From assembly GCA_963666515.2 (NCBI GenBank), contig OY762897.2:3232001-3296000 (forward strand): 64,000 nt of DNA, written 5' to 3'. Every line of letters begins with the position of its first letter. Positions within the stretch are counted from its first letter, which is position 1. The position numbers and the translations under genes were made by a program. The DNA comes from Candidatus Binatia bacterium. GTDB lineage: Bacteria; Desulfobacterota; Binatia; UBA9968; JAJDTQ01. This document shows positions 37,455 through 47,010 of the stretch, piece by piece. The notes below the pieces were generated by a model that saw only the letters and a program-made list of their open reading frames with translations, ran no database searches and had not been told where the DNA came from.

Positions 37455-38926
37455 CGTTGGCCCCGGCCCGCCCGCGGCCGCAGGGCCAGCCGCACCGGCG
37501 TGTGCTCCAGACCCAGCTCCGCGCGCAACGCCTTGACGAGGTAGCGCCGGTAGCCCGCGCCCACGCCTTCCGGATGGTTGACAAACAGCGTGAACGTCGG
37601 CGGCTGCACGTCCGTCTGGGCGCCATAGTAGAACTTCACCGGACGCCCGCGGAATTGCGGCGCGGCGTGCCTTTCGGTGAGGCGGCGCAACGCCCGGTTG
37701 AGCGCCGGCGTCCTGATCCACCGGCGCGTGGCGTTGCCCACCCGTATGACCGTATCCATGAGCTTCGTCATGCCCGACCCTTCCAATGCCGATAAGGATA
37801 CTATCGGCACGTGGTCGGCAAACGGTAGCCGCCGGTGCAAAAAATCCTGGTACACCCGAAGGCTCGACCGGTCCGTGTCCAGGAGGTCCCACTTGTTGAT
37901 GCCCAGGACCATGGCCTTGCCGCGCTGGAAGCCGTAGGACATGACCTGCGCGTCCTGGTCCGTCACCCCTTCGGAGCCGTCCAGCAGGTGGATCACCACG
38001 TCGCCGGCGTCCACCGAGCGCAACGCGCGGCTTACGCTGTAGCGTTCCACCGGGTCGACCACCCGTGCCTTGCGCCGGATTCCGGCCGTGTCCGTCAGGC
38101 GGCACGGGGTCTCGCGCCAGGTGAAGTCGGCCTGCAGCGCGTCCCGGGTGGTGCCCGGCCGCGAGTCCACCAGCGAGCGGTCGTAGCCCAACAGCCGGTT
38201 CACCAGCGTCGACTTGCCGACGTTGGGACGGCCCACGACGGCCAGCGCAAGAGGCTCGGCGGAATCGGGGTTCCCCTCCCGGCCGCGGGCGCCGGCGGCA
38301 TCCGGCGTGCCCTCCCGACCACGGGCGCCGGCGGCATCGAGGGTGTCCTCCCGACCCCGTGCCCGAGCGGATTCCGGTGAGGAGGCGGAAGGCATTGCCG
38401 GCGCCCGGTCCGGCCCCGGCGGCAACGCGTCCACCACCTCCTGCATCAGGTCCGCCACCCCCAGCCCGTGCTCGGCGGATAGCGGGAACAACCGCTCCGC
38501 GCCGAGCCGGAAGAACTCGTAGAGGTCGCTCTCGCGGGGGCCGGTGTCCAGCTTGTTCACCGCGTAGAACACCGGCTTGGGTGCCTGCCGCAGCAGCTCC
38601 GCCGCAGCCGTATCCAGCGGCGTGGGCCCAGCGCGGCCGTCCATGAGGAATACGATGACGTCGGCCTCGTCCACCGCGGTCAGGGTCTGCTTGAATATCC
38701 GGCCCTTGAGCCCCTCGCGCTCGTCCGGCTCCAGTCCGCCGGTATCCACCAGCATGAAGCGGTGGCGGCGCCACGCCACCGGGTTGTAGTTGCGGTCACG
38801 GGTCACACCGGGCTGGTCGTCCACAATGGCGCGCCGCGCCCGGCTCAGGCGGTTGAACAGCGTGGACTTGCCCACGTTGGGCCGCCCCACGATGGCCACC
38901 ACCGGCATGTTTTCGGGAGTGCTCAT
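37451..38926 (-). CDS. der: Ribosome biogenesis GTPase Der (EngA)
   Basis: Two GRPNVGKS G-domains (DTGG/NKLD; DTAG/NKWD) plus a KH-like C-terminus. Confidence 0.97.
   Translation of the reverse strand: MSTPENMPVVAIVGRPNVGKSTLFNRLSRARRAIVDDQPGVTRDRNYNPVAWRRHRFMLVDTGGLEPDEREGLKGRIFKQTLTAVDEADVIVFLMDGRAGPTPLDTAAAELLRQAPKPVFYAVNKLDTGPRESDLYEFFRLGAERLFPLSAEHGLGVADLMQEVVDALPPGPDRAPAMPSASSPESARARGREDTLDAAGARGREGTPDAAGARGREGNPDSAEPLALAVVGRPNVGKSTLVNRLLGYDRSLVDSRPGTTRDALQADFTWRETPCRLTDTAGIRRKARVVDPVERYSVSRALRSVDAGDVVIHLLDGSEGVTDQDAQVMSYGFQRGKAMVLGINKWDLLDTDRSSLRVYQDFLHRRLPFADHVPIVSLSALEGSGMTKLMDTVIRVGNATRRWIRTPALNRALRRLTERHAAPQFRGRPVKFYYGAQTDVQPPTFTLFVNHPEGVGAGYRRYLVKALRAELGLEHTPVRLALRPRAGRGQR
38274..38381. 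repeat. Three degenerate 36-bp tandem repeats inside der
   Basis: Units start at 38274, 38310 and 38346 ((C/T)CCTCCCG...) and encode ARGRE-x-x-x-DAAG in the inter-domain linker. Confidence 0.85.
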
Positions 38927-38948
38927 GATCGGGGGAAGTTGTCGTCGA

Positions 38949-39884
38949 TCACAACCCGAAGGCCTCGAGGCTCCGGGGGTCCCGGCTCCAGCCGGGCGCG
39001 GCCTTGACCGCCAGATCGAGGTAGACGCGGCAGCCGAGCAGGCGCTCCAGGTCCTCCCGGGCCGCGCTGCCGATCTCCTTGAGCGCCGCGCCGCGCTTGC
39101 CGATGAGGATCGGCTTGTGGCTCTCCCGCTCGGTGTGGATGGTGGCGGCGATGACCACGAGGCCGCCGCCGTTCTTCTCCTCGAAGCTCCGTACCGACAC
39201 CGCGGTGCCGTAGGGGATCTCCTGGCGGGTGTGCAGGAAGACCTTCTCCCGGACGATCTCCGCGGCGATGAACCGCTCCGTCTGGTCCGTCAGCTCGTCC
39301 TCCGGGAAATAGCGGGGACCGGGCGGCAGCCGCTTCAGCATCCCCTCCAACAGCAGCGGGACGTTCTCCCCGGTCCGGGCGCTGATGGGTACGATCTCCC
39401 GCTCCGGCAGCAGCTCGGCCAAGCGCGCCATCACCGGCAGCAGCCGTCCCTTGGACACCGCGTCGATCTTGTTGAGCGCGATCACGGTCTCGCGCCGGCT
39501 GCCGGACAGTATCCCGGCGATGTCCTCATCGTCCCCCCGCAGGCCGCCGCGGGCGTCCACCACCCACACCACCGCCTCCACGTCCCCCAGGGAACGTCTG
39601 GCCACGTCCACCATGCGCCGGTTCAGCAACGACCGCGCACGGTGGATACCCGGCGTGTCCAGCAACAGGATCTGCCCCTCCGGCAGGGTCTTGATGCCCA
39701 TGATCCGGTTCCGGGTAGTCTGGGGCCGGGGCGAGACAATGGCGATCTTCTCCCCCAGGAGCTGGTTCAGCAGCGTGGACTTCCCCACGTTGGGCCGGCC
39801 CAGGATCGCGACGAAGCCCGAGCGGAAATCCTCCGGAACAGGCGCTTCCTTCTGCTCTCCGCGCGTAGGGTCGATGGCGGCCAT
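38949..39884 (-). CDS. era: GTPase Era
   Basis: FRSGFVAILGRPNVGKST, PQTTR, DTPG, NKID, KH domain (EIPY, IGKRG). Confidence 0.97.
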   Translation of the reverse strand: MAAIDPTRGEQKEAPVPEDFRSGFVAILGRPNVGKSTLLNQLLGEKIAIVSPRPQTTRNRIMGIKTLPEGQILLLDTPGIHRARSLLNRRMVDVARRSLGDVEAVVWVVDARGGLRGDDEDIAGILSGSRRETVIALNKIDAVSKGRLLPVMARLAELLPEREIVPISARTGENVPLLLEGMLKRLPPGPRYFPEDELTDQTERFIAAEIVREKVFLHTRQEIPYGTAVSVRSFEEKNGGGLVVIAATIHTERESHKPILIGKRGAALKEIGSAAREDLERLLGCRVYLDLAVKAAPGWSRDPRSLEAFGL

Positions 39885-39890
39885 CGGTCC

Positions 39891-39918
39891 ATTATGGCAC
39901 GGACGAAGGGCAGGTCAA
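39891..39918 (-). promoter_or_regulatory. Candidate promoter of era (leaderless geometry)
   Basis: TTGACC-16 nt-CATAAT with upstream TG; only 6 nt to the ATG. Confidence 0.55.
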
Positions 39919-40032
39919 TCCACAGTCCTGACGAGCGCAGACCGGCATGGAGTGGGCGTTTCACCCCGGTGCTCACGGCACGACCACCGGCGTTGACTTC
40001 GTGATGGCCCATATTTTGCGGCGAAGTAGAGG

Positions 40033-40341
40033 ATGCAATGGTACAGGTACATCGAAGACTCCGAATGGGAGGATATAACCAATAGCGGGATGCTGAAACC
40101 GGGGCGCAATAGCTGCGGATCCGGCAAGTGGTTGGCCAGCAGCGAAGAGGCTGCATGGCGGTGGGGGAGAGCACTCGACGAGCGTTTTCCCGGTCGGGTT
40201 GTGGTTCTGGATCTGGACGATGACATCGCCGAGAGGGCCAGGCTCGTTGCCAACCTTGACGGCATTGGACATGCAGCGTACATTGACTCCGACGACTTGT
40301 GGCGGCTTCGGATTGTGGACATACGGAGGTACGAAGGATGA
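40033..40341 (+). CDS. Hypothetical 102-aa protein; putative ADP-ribosyltransferase-fold toxin domain
   Basis: WYR strand, helix (SEWEDI), GKWLASS strand-loop, helix (EEAAWRWG), RVVVLDL strand, LDGIG...YI. AGAGG upstream and ATGA coupling to the next gene. The ORF is likely real; the fold call is inference. Confidence 0.55.
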   Translation: MQWYRYIEDSEWEDITNSGMLKPGRNSCGSGKWLASSEEAAWRWGRALDERFPGRVVVLDLDDDIAERARLVANLDGIGHAAYIDSDDLWRLRIVDIRRYEG

Positions 40342-40664
40342 GACGTCCCGGACAACACGCGGTGTTCGCCACCTTCCGTCCCGCAGACGATCGGACCCGG
40401 GCGGTACTGCGTCGGGGCAAGCCCGTGAGCAGTCTTGCCCGCTTCACGGGCACGGACACGCCGCCAGCCAGCCTGTTGATGGATGCCTGTCAAAAGAGCG
40501 ACAACCTTGTCCGTATCGAACTTCTGGTACACGCCGAGCGAACGGAACAATTGCCCGTAGGCAGCAACTTCGAACTGGTGGCCGGAGATGCGTTGTTGGG
40601 ATACGGGACGATCCTTCCCCGTGCTACGGGGAAGGATCCGGCTGATGTGAAACCGCCAGGCTAA
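40338..40664 (+). CDS. Hypothetical 108-aa protein with an EF-Tu domain III-like C-terminus; putative antitoxin/immunity protein
   Basis: GSNFELVAGDALLGYGTI aligns without gaps to [18 protein letters not shown] of Tuf in this window; GGAGG RBS; ATGA overlap. Confidence 0.55.
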   Translation: MRRPGQHAVFATFRPADDRTRAVLRRGKPVSSLARFTGTDTPPASLLMDACQKSDNLVRIELLVHAERTEQLPVGSNFELVAGDALLGYGTILPRATGKDPADVKPPG

Positions 40665-40752
40665 CGAAACCCCGCCCTGAACGTTCGCTGAATCGAATTC
40701 TGTCCCCAGAAACGTTTGCTGGCGGTCTCGCCGGGAATCCTCGTCCGCCGCC

Positions 40753-43700
40753 TCACCCTGCCCGCCGCACGTGGATGAACGTGCGCAGCGCCAGATCCAG
40801 CAGGAAGACGCCCAGGCCGGCGGCGGCCAGCGCCCACCAGATGCCCCGGGCGGAACCGGCGGCGTCGGGGTCGGCGGTGAACAGGCGCTCGATGTCCTCG
40901 GCCAGGGTTTCCTCCCGCAACACCTTACCGCCGGTCTCCTGGGCCAGCCGTTCCATCAGCCCGGTGTCGGCGTCCATTTCGCGGTACTCCCTGGAGAAGG
41001 GCACGATGAAGGGGACGGTGAGGGCCACGGGGGGCGCGCCAGAAGGGCCCGGCGGCTGCTTCACGGTGAGCAGGTTGATGCCCCGGCGCGGCGTGGCGAA
41101 GCTCGTGCGGTAGCGGCCGGGAGCCACCTGCCGGAACGCTTCCTGTTGCAGGGTCTCGTCGGCCCGTGTCAGCAGCCCTTGCAGCTTCAGGTGGTTCACC
41201 GGCCGTCCCGAGGCTGAGAAGAGGTCCACCACCGCCCTCATGACCTCTCCCTCCCTCACGAAGTCCGTCCGCAACCGCTGGTCCGACACGCTCCTCACCG
41301 CCAGCCGGGCCATCTGCGCGGCCCACCTGGGGAACGCCGGCCACTGCACCCAGTGGCGCCCCCACCTGCCGGAAACGTCGGAGGTGAACGCGTACACCCG
41401 GCCCAGGCCGTAGCGCCACGAGACCAGCAACGGGTCCTCGCCGGCGCGCGCGTGGACCTCGGCTCCGGGCTTCACATGGGTCAGGACGTAGCCCAGTATC
41501 CGCGGCAACGGCTCGCCCGAGAGGCCGCGCATGGGGCCCGCCGGCCCCGCTGCCACCGGGGTCACGGTCTTTTCCACCAGCAGGTCCCGGGAGATCAGCA
41601 GCGTCTCGGTGGTGAAGATCTGCGGGATGGTCCGCGGGTCCACGCTGGCATAGCTCCGGCCCTTGCCGCCCTGCGCGAGCTGGGTCATGAGACGGCGGTT
41701 GGCGTCGCCGCCGATGGACACGGTGGAGACGGTGATCCGCTCCCGGGCCATGCCGCTCACCTGTTCCAGCAAGTCCTCCTTTTCGGTGAGCCCGTCCGAC
41801 AGCACCAGCACGTGCTTGATGGCGGCCTCCTTGGCCGCCAGCGCCCGGCGGCCTTCCACCATGGCCTTGTGGAGGTCGGTGCCGCCGTCGGAGCTGAGCG
41901 CGGCCACGTCGTCGGCGATGCTCTCGCTGCCGCCGGCCGCGCGGAACGGCACCACCCACTGCCACTGGGAGTCGAACGCCAGGATGCCCACCTCGTCGGT
42001 GGGGTTGAGCAACTCCGCGGACGCCATGGTGGCCGCCTTGGCCAGGTCCAGCTTGGTGGTGCCGTAGGGGCCGCTGCCCATGCTCCCCGACTTGTCCACC
42101 ACGAAGAGCAGCGCCACGTGGGGCAGCTCCATGCGCGCCGGCGGCCGCATCTCCACCGGGAGCGTCTGCTCCAGCGGCGTCCGGTAGTAGCCCCCGGCGC
42201 CGTAGCTCCGGGTCCCGCCCAGCACGATGAGGCCGCCTCCGAGGTCGCGCACGAACCGCTCGATGCGTTCCATCTTCACCTGCGAGAGCTGGTAGGCGGG
42301 CACGTTGTCGAGGATCAGCAGGTCGAAGCCCGACAGCTCGGGCAGCGTGAGGTTGGCCCGCGCCGGGGTCTCCTCCACCACGTCGTACCCTTGCACCTGC
42401 AACGCCTCGGCCATGAAACGCCGCCCCGCGTCGGCGCCGTGGAGGTACAGGACCCGCGAGGGTCCCTTGACGCTCACGATGCCCTGCAGCAGGTTGTTCT
42501 CCGCCAGCACGTCCGCGGCCGCGTCCACCATCAACTCGTAGGTATGGGCGCCGCGGCGCTCCAGGCTGTCGGTGAAGCTGAGCCAGTTGGCGCCCGGCGC
42601 CAGCTCCCGGCGGGCGGAGCGGATGACGCGCCCGTCCCGCAGCAGGGTGACGGCCGCGGACGACGCCCGGGCGCTGGTGAGCGCGGCCTTGATCTCGAAG
42701 GTCTCGCCGCTGTCCACTACCGAAGGCACGGTGAACTCCGACAGGTAGACCTCGTTCCTGCCCTCGGCGAGGCTCACGGGATACGGCCACACCGCCACCC
42801 CGTGGGACCGCAGCATGGGCAGCACCCGCTCCACCGAGCCGCGGTTCTCGTTGGCGTCGGAGATGAGCAGGATGCGGCTCTCGCGCTCCTCGCTCAACTC
42901 GCCCAGGGCGCCCTGGAGCGCCGCTCCGAGATCGGTGGCGTCGCGCTCCGGCGGGGGCGGAAGGTCGCTCACCGGAAGCTCGTGGGTGGGCAGGAACTCC
43001 CACTGCGGACGGCGCGCGAAGGAGAACAGGCCCAGCCGCACCTTGGGGTCCACCAGTTCCCCGGCCTGCTCCAGCACGTCCGCGGCCCGCACACGGGCCT
43101 CCTCCCCGACGCTGTGGGAAAGGTCCACGGCCATCACCACGTCCAGCTCGGGATCCTCGGCGAGGACCCGCGGGTTCACCAGCGCCACCACCAGCAGCGC
43201 CACCGCCGGCGCCCGCAGCCACAGCGGGAGCAGCGAACGCCGGGCGCGGCAGACCACCACGCTCTCCGCCAGCAGCAGCGCCAGGGCCAGGACCAGCAGC
43301 GCCGGCCACAGGTCGAGGCGGGCGCCGCGGCCGCTCTCGGCCACGCGCGCGGCCGCCGAGGCCGGCGGCTCCGCCCGGTAAGCGGGACGGATGCGGGACT
43401 CCTCCTCGCTGAACAGGTTCACCCCGAACTCGCCCTCCCCGTGCTTTCCCCGGAACCGGTAGAAGCCGACCTCCGCGGTGTCGGCGTAGGCGCCCTGGCG
43501 CTCCCGGATACGCACCGGGCTGCTGTCGCCGGAGGGGTTCACGAACACGAGAGCCTCCTCGTCCACGCCGACGTCGGCGACGAACGGCAGGCCCGCGGCC
43601 ACTTGGCTGGCGGGAAACTCCCGGGCCGTGGGCCGGAACCAGGAGAAGGCGTTGCGCACCAGCAACGGGAACGAGACCCGGAACGGCAGGTCCGACCGGG

Positions 43701-45090
43701 TGAGGTCGAAGGCGAAGACCAGGGCCTTGAGATCGCCGGACTCCACCGCGTGGATCAGCGGCCCGCGTTCGGATTCGGCCAGCGACACGCCCCCGCCGTC
43801 CGCCACCAGCTCCAGCGCGTCGCGCACGTAGAGCCCGTCCAGGCGCACGCCCGCGGCCAGCGGGTGGTCGGAGCCGGTGGAGACCAGCGCTGGCCGCGGG
43901 GTCTCTCCGGCCACGCGCAGGGGCAGACCTTCGGCCACCGTGCGGATGAGGATGAAGTTGCCGCGGGCCAGCGGCGGCGCCGGCACCCGGTCCAGCATCA
44001 CCACGTCGTAGGCGGCCACCTGCTCGGTCACGCGGTCCACCGGGATGCGGTCGATGCGGGCCAGGGTGACGTGGGGGAAATAGCGCAGCAGGCGCTCCAG
44101 GAACGGGTTGCCGGGCCCCACGTACAGCACCCGCGTGGGGCGCTCGTCGGGAAAGGCCAGGAAGGCGCGGTTGTCGGTGCGCAGGTCGTCATCCACCGCC
44201 AGCAGCGCGGTGGCGCGCCCCCGCAGGGGGCCGGGGACGCCGTAGATCAGCACCTCCCGCGCCAGCGGCTCCAGCGACAACAGCGCCCGGCTCACCACCC
44301 GGTCCGACACCGTCACGACGAGGGGCGCGTGCACCGTCCGCTCGGTGAAGTTCTGCACCACCACCATGGCCTCGTACTCGTCGGCCCGCCCGGCCACCCG
44401 GCGGAACTGGAAACCCAGGATGCCGACGTTGTCGACGCCTCCGCGGACCTGCACGACCTCCAGGTAGGACGCCTCCAGCGGCAGCTCCTCGATGCCCTTG
44501 AAGGCGCCGTCGGTGATCACCACCACCCGGTGCGGCCCCTGGCGCTTGAGGAACGTGTGCGCCAGCAGCACCGCCTCCTTCACCGGGGACTCGGCGTCGG
44601 TGGCCGACAACCCCTCGGCGGCGCGCCGAAGCCCGGCCCGGTCCCTCGTGAAGGGCTGGATCACCCGGGGCTGCGCCGCCGCGCCGATGATCATCATGCG
44701 GTCGCCGGCGCCCAGCGCGTCGATACGCCGCAGCAGCTCGCCGCGGGCCGCATCCCAGCGCGAGCCCGACTCCCCCGCCGCCTTCATGCTGGCGCTCAGG
44801 TCCATCACCACCACGAGGTCGCGGCCGCCGCTGCCCACTCCCAGGAGCGCCGGCCACGCCAGCGCGGTGACGACCGCGGCGGCGGCCAGGAGCTGCAGGA
44901 TCAGCGGCAGGTTGCGGCGCCAGAGCCAGCCCAGGCGCCGGCCCACGGGCCTTTCACGCAGCACCTTCTCCAGCAGGAAGAGCGCGGTGACCGGGACCCT
45001 CGGACCCCTGGGCCGGAGGCTGTTGAGCAGCAGGATGAGCGGGACGGCCCCCAGCAGGATGAGAAAAGCCGCGGGAAAGAACCACAGCAT
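40753..45090 (-). CDS. Large membrane-anchored protein with a BatA-like N-terminus and three vWA/MIDAS motifs
   Basis: N-terminal TM pair with LILQLL; MIDAS motifs DLSAS, DLSHS and DKSGS; GATase-like segments (FDLLILDNV...GGGLIVLGG; GLGRV); C-terminal TM. Confidence 0.85.
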   Translation of the reverse strand: MLWFFPAAFLILLGAVPLILLLNSLRPRGPRVPVTALFLLEKVLRERPVGRRLGWLWRRNLPLILQLLAAAAVVTALAWPALLGVGSGGRDLVVVMDLSASMKAAGESGSRWDAARGELLRRIDALGAGDRMMIIGAAAQPRVIQPFTRDRAGLRRAAEGLSATDAESPVKEAVLLAHTFLKRQGPHRVVVITDGAFKGIEELPLEASYLEVVQVRGGVDNVGILGFQFRRVAGRADEYEAMVVVQNFTERTVHAPLVVTVSDRVVSRALLSLEPLAREVLIYGVPGPLRGRATALLAVDDDLRTDNRAFLAFPDERPTRVLYVGPGNPFLERLLRYFPHVTLARIDRIPVDRVTEQVAAYDVVMLDRVPAPPLARGNFILIRTVAEGLPLRVAGETPRPALVSTGSDHPLAAGVRLDGLYVRDALELVADGGGVSLAESERGPLIHAVESGDLKALVFAFDLTRSDLPFRVSFPLLVRNAFSWFRPTAREFPASQVAAGLPFVADVGVDEEALVFVNPSGDSSPVRIRERQGAYADTAEVGFYRFRGKHGEGEFGVNLFSEEESRIRPAYRAEPPASAAARVAESGRGARLDLWPALLVLALALLLAESVVVCRARRSLLPLWLRAPAVALLVVALVNPRVLAEDPELDVVMAVDLSHSVGEEARVRAADVLEQAGELVDPKVRLGLFSFARRPQWEFLPTHELPVSDLPPPPERDATDLGAALQGALGELSEERESRILLISDANENRGSVERVLPMLRSHGVAVWPYPVSLAEGRNEVYLSEFTVPSVVDSGETFEIKAALTSARASSAAVTLLRDGRVIRSARRELAPGANWLSFTDSLERRGAHTYELMVDAAADVLAENNLLQGIVSVKGPSRVLYLHGADAGRRFMAEALQVQGYDVVEETPARANLTLPELSGFDLLILDNVPAYQLSQVKMERIERFVRDLGGGLIVLGGTRSYGAGGYYRTPLEQTLPVEMRPPARMELPHVALLFVVDKSGSMGSGPYGTTKLDLAKAATMASAELLNPTDEVGILAFDSQWQWVVPFRAAGGSESIADDVAALSSDGGTDLHKAMVEGRRALAAKEAAIKHVLVLSDGLTEKEDLLEQVSGMARERITVSTVSIGGDANRRLMTQLAQGGKGRSYASVDPRTIPQIFTTETLLISRDLLVEKTVTPVAAGPAGPMRGLSGEPLPRILGYVLTHVKPGAEVHARAGEDPLLVSWRYGLGRVYAFTSDVSGRWGRHWVQWPAFPRWAAQMARLAVRSVSDQRLRTDFVREGEVMRAVVDLFSASGRPVNHLKLQGLLTRADETLQQEAFRQVAPGRYRTSFATPRRGINLLTVKQPPGPSGAPPVALTVPFIVPFSREYREMDADTGLMERLAQETGGKVLREETLAEDIERLFTADPDAAGSARGIWWALAAAGLGVFLLDLALRTFIHVRRAG

Positions 45091-45096
45091 CGGAGG

Positions 45097-45984
45097 CTAA
45101 CCCGTATCCTGCGTCAGGTAACGCAGGACGAAGTCGTCGAAGGGGACGTCGCTGGTGGTGCGCCGGTAGTCCATCTCCCGGCCCTCGCAGAACCGCTCGG
45201 TGGCGGCGAAGAACTCCTCCACCTCCCGGTGGAACCGGTCCGCCAGGTCGCGGTCGAGGAAGACCCGCCGCTCCCGCGCGGACTCGACGTCCACCAGCGA
45301 CACGTCGCCGCCCGGCTCCAGCCGCGTCTCCCCTTCCCTGAGAACGTGCACCAGCAGGACGTCGTGGCGTTTCCGCGCCAGCTCTTCGAGGGCCGCGCGG
45401 CAACCCGCGGCGTCCAGCAGGTCGCTGAACAGCACCACCAGCCCCGGCCGCGGATAGAGCCGCGTGAAAGTCTTCACCGAGGTCTCCAGGTCGGTGCGGC
45501 CGGCGCAGGACAGCCCGGCGAGGAAATCGAACAGGGCGAGGATCTGGCGGCGCGACCGGGCCGGCGGCAACTGCGCCGCCACGTCCTCGGCCAGACCCAC
45601 GGCCCCCACCCGGTCGTGGGTCTTGAGGCCGATGTAGCCCAGGGCCGCGGCCACGCTCTTGGCGAACTCCAGCTTGGGCGGCGAGCCTTCCGCCATGGAC
45701 AGGCTGGTATCGAGCAGGAGGTAGACCGTGATCTCCTCTTCCGCGGTGAACACCTTGAGCAGCAGCCGTTCCAGGCGCCCGTAGACGTTCCAGTCCACGT
45801 AGCGCAGGTCGTCGCCGCGGCTGTACTTGCGGTAGTCGGAGAACTCCAGGCTGTAGCCCTTGCGCACGGTGGGATGCTCGCCCCGCGCCATGCCCCAGTT
45901 CAGCCGCTTGGCCACGAGACGCAGCTTGTCCAGCCGCGCCAGGAAGTCGGGCTCCAGGAAGCGGTGCGCCTCGGCCTCGGCCAT
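45097..45984 (-). CDS. DUF58 family protein
   Basis: EFSDYRKYSRGDDLRYVDWNVY, LLDTSLSM, VVLFSD. Confidence 0.92.
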   Translation of the reverse strand: MAEAEAHRFLEPDFLARLDKLRLVAKRLNWGMARGEHPTVRKGYSLEFSDYRKYSRGDDLRYVDWNVYGRLERLLLKVFTAEEEITVYLLLDTSLSMAEGSPPKLEFAKSVAAALGYIGLKTHDRVGAVGLAEDVAAQLPPARSRRQILALFDFLAGLSCAGRTDLETSVKTFTRLYPRPGLVVLFSDLLDAAGCRAALEELARKRHDVLLVHVLREGETRLEPGGDVSLVDVESARERRVFLDRDLADRFHREVEEFFAATERFCEGREMDYRRTTSDVPFDDFVLRYLTQDTG

Positions 45985-46994
45985 CAGGACGGCACCTCCG
46001 GCACCCGCTCCACCACCTCCTCCAGCACCCGCTCCGGGGCGACGCCGGAGGCTTCGGCGGCCAGGTTGAGCAGCAGCCGGTGCCGCAGGCTCGGCATCAG
46101 GTCCCGGCGGATGTCGTCGAACGAGACGTTGGGCCGGCCCGAGAGCAGCGCCCGCGCCTTGGCCGCCAGGATCACCGCCTGCAGGCCCCGCGGGCTGGCG
46201 CCGTACTGCACGTACTTGCGCGCCGTCTCGGTGCTGTGCTCGGTCTCCGAATGGGTCGCCCGCACCAGCCGCACCGCGTAGTCACGCACCGGGCCCGCCA
46301 ACGGCACGGCCCGCACCGCCTCGCGCATCTCCAGCACCGACTCCGCCGCCAGCACCTTGGCCAGGGCGCCGGAAGGCGCGGCCGTGGTCAACTCCGCGAT
46401 CCGCCCCATCTCCTCGTACGACGGGTAACGGACCACGAGCTTGAAGAAGAAACGGTCCACCTGGGCCTCCGGAAGCGGATAGGTCCCCTCCATCTCGATG
46501 GGGTTCTGGGTGGCGAGCACCATGAACGGGCCGGGGATGGGATGCACCGCGCCGCCGGCGGTGACGCTCTGCTCCTGCATGGCCTCCAGCAGAGCCGACT
46601 GGGTCTTGGGGGTGGCCCGGTTGATTTCGTCCGCCAGCACGATGTTGGCGAACACCGGACCGGCCTCGAACTCGAACACCTTCCGCCCCGAGGCGTCCTC
46701 GTTCACCACGTTGGTGCCGGTGATGTCCGCGGGCATCAGGTCGGGAGTGAACTGGATGCGCGAGAAGCTCAGGTCCATCAGCTCTCCGAGCGAACGCACC
46801 ATCAGCGTCTTGCCCAGCCCCGGCACCCCCTCCAGCAGACAGTGGCCGCCGCACACCAGCGCGATGAAGATGCCTTCGATGAGGTCCTCGTGGCCCACCA
46901 CCGCCTTGCGCATCTCGCCCATGACTTCCTCGAACGCGCGCTGGGCGCTCAACATGCGGCGCCGTACCCCGTCGGTCGATGCTTCCGTCGTCAC
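45984..46994 (-). CDS. MoxR family AAA+ ATPase
   Basis: LLEGVPGLGKT, RIQFTPDLMPADITG, LADEINRA, ATQNPIE, YPLPEAQVDRF. Confidence 0.95.
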   Translation of the reverse strand: MTTEASTDGVRRRMLSAQRAFEEVMGEMRKAVVGHEDLIEGIFIALVCGGHCLLEGVPGLGKTLMVRSLGELMDLSFSRIQFTPDLMPADITGTNVVNEDASGRKVFEFEAGPVFANIVLADEINRATPKTQSALLEAMQEQSVTAGGAVHPIPGPFMVLATQNPIEMEGTYPLPEAQVDRFFFKLVVRYPSYEEMGRIAELTTAAPSGALAKVLAAESVLEMREAVRAVPLAGPVRDYAVRLVRATHSETEHSTETARKYVQYGASPRGLQAVILAAKARALLSGRPNVSFDDIRRDLMPSLRHRLLLNLAAEASGVAPERVLEEVVERVPEVPS

Positions 46995-47010
46995 TCCCGC
47001 TCCACTTCTA

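Noticed and set aside
38274-38381. 36-bp periodicity as a possible CRISPR array
   Set aside because: The units are contiguous with no spacers, lie in frame within der, and no cas genes are present.
36297-38774. Apparent 825-aa DprA with a long N-terminal extension
   Set aside because: The extension is an alternative frame of der; DprA homology begins at GTG 37454.
39767-40550. Minus-strand ORFs (230, 211 and 99 aa) over the two-gene cassette
   Set aside because: No RBS or protein-like composition; the plus-strand pair has RBSs, ATGA coupling and recognisable motifs.
41353-46281. 1642-aa plus-strand ORF
   Set aside because: Antisense shadow of the vWA, DUF58 and MoxR genes.
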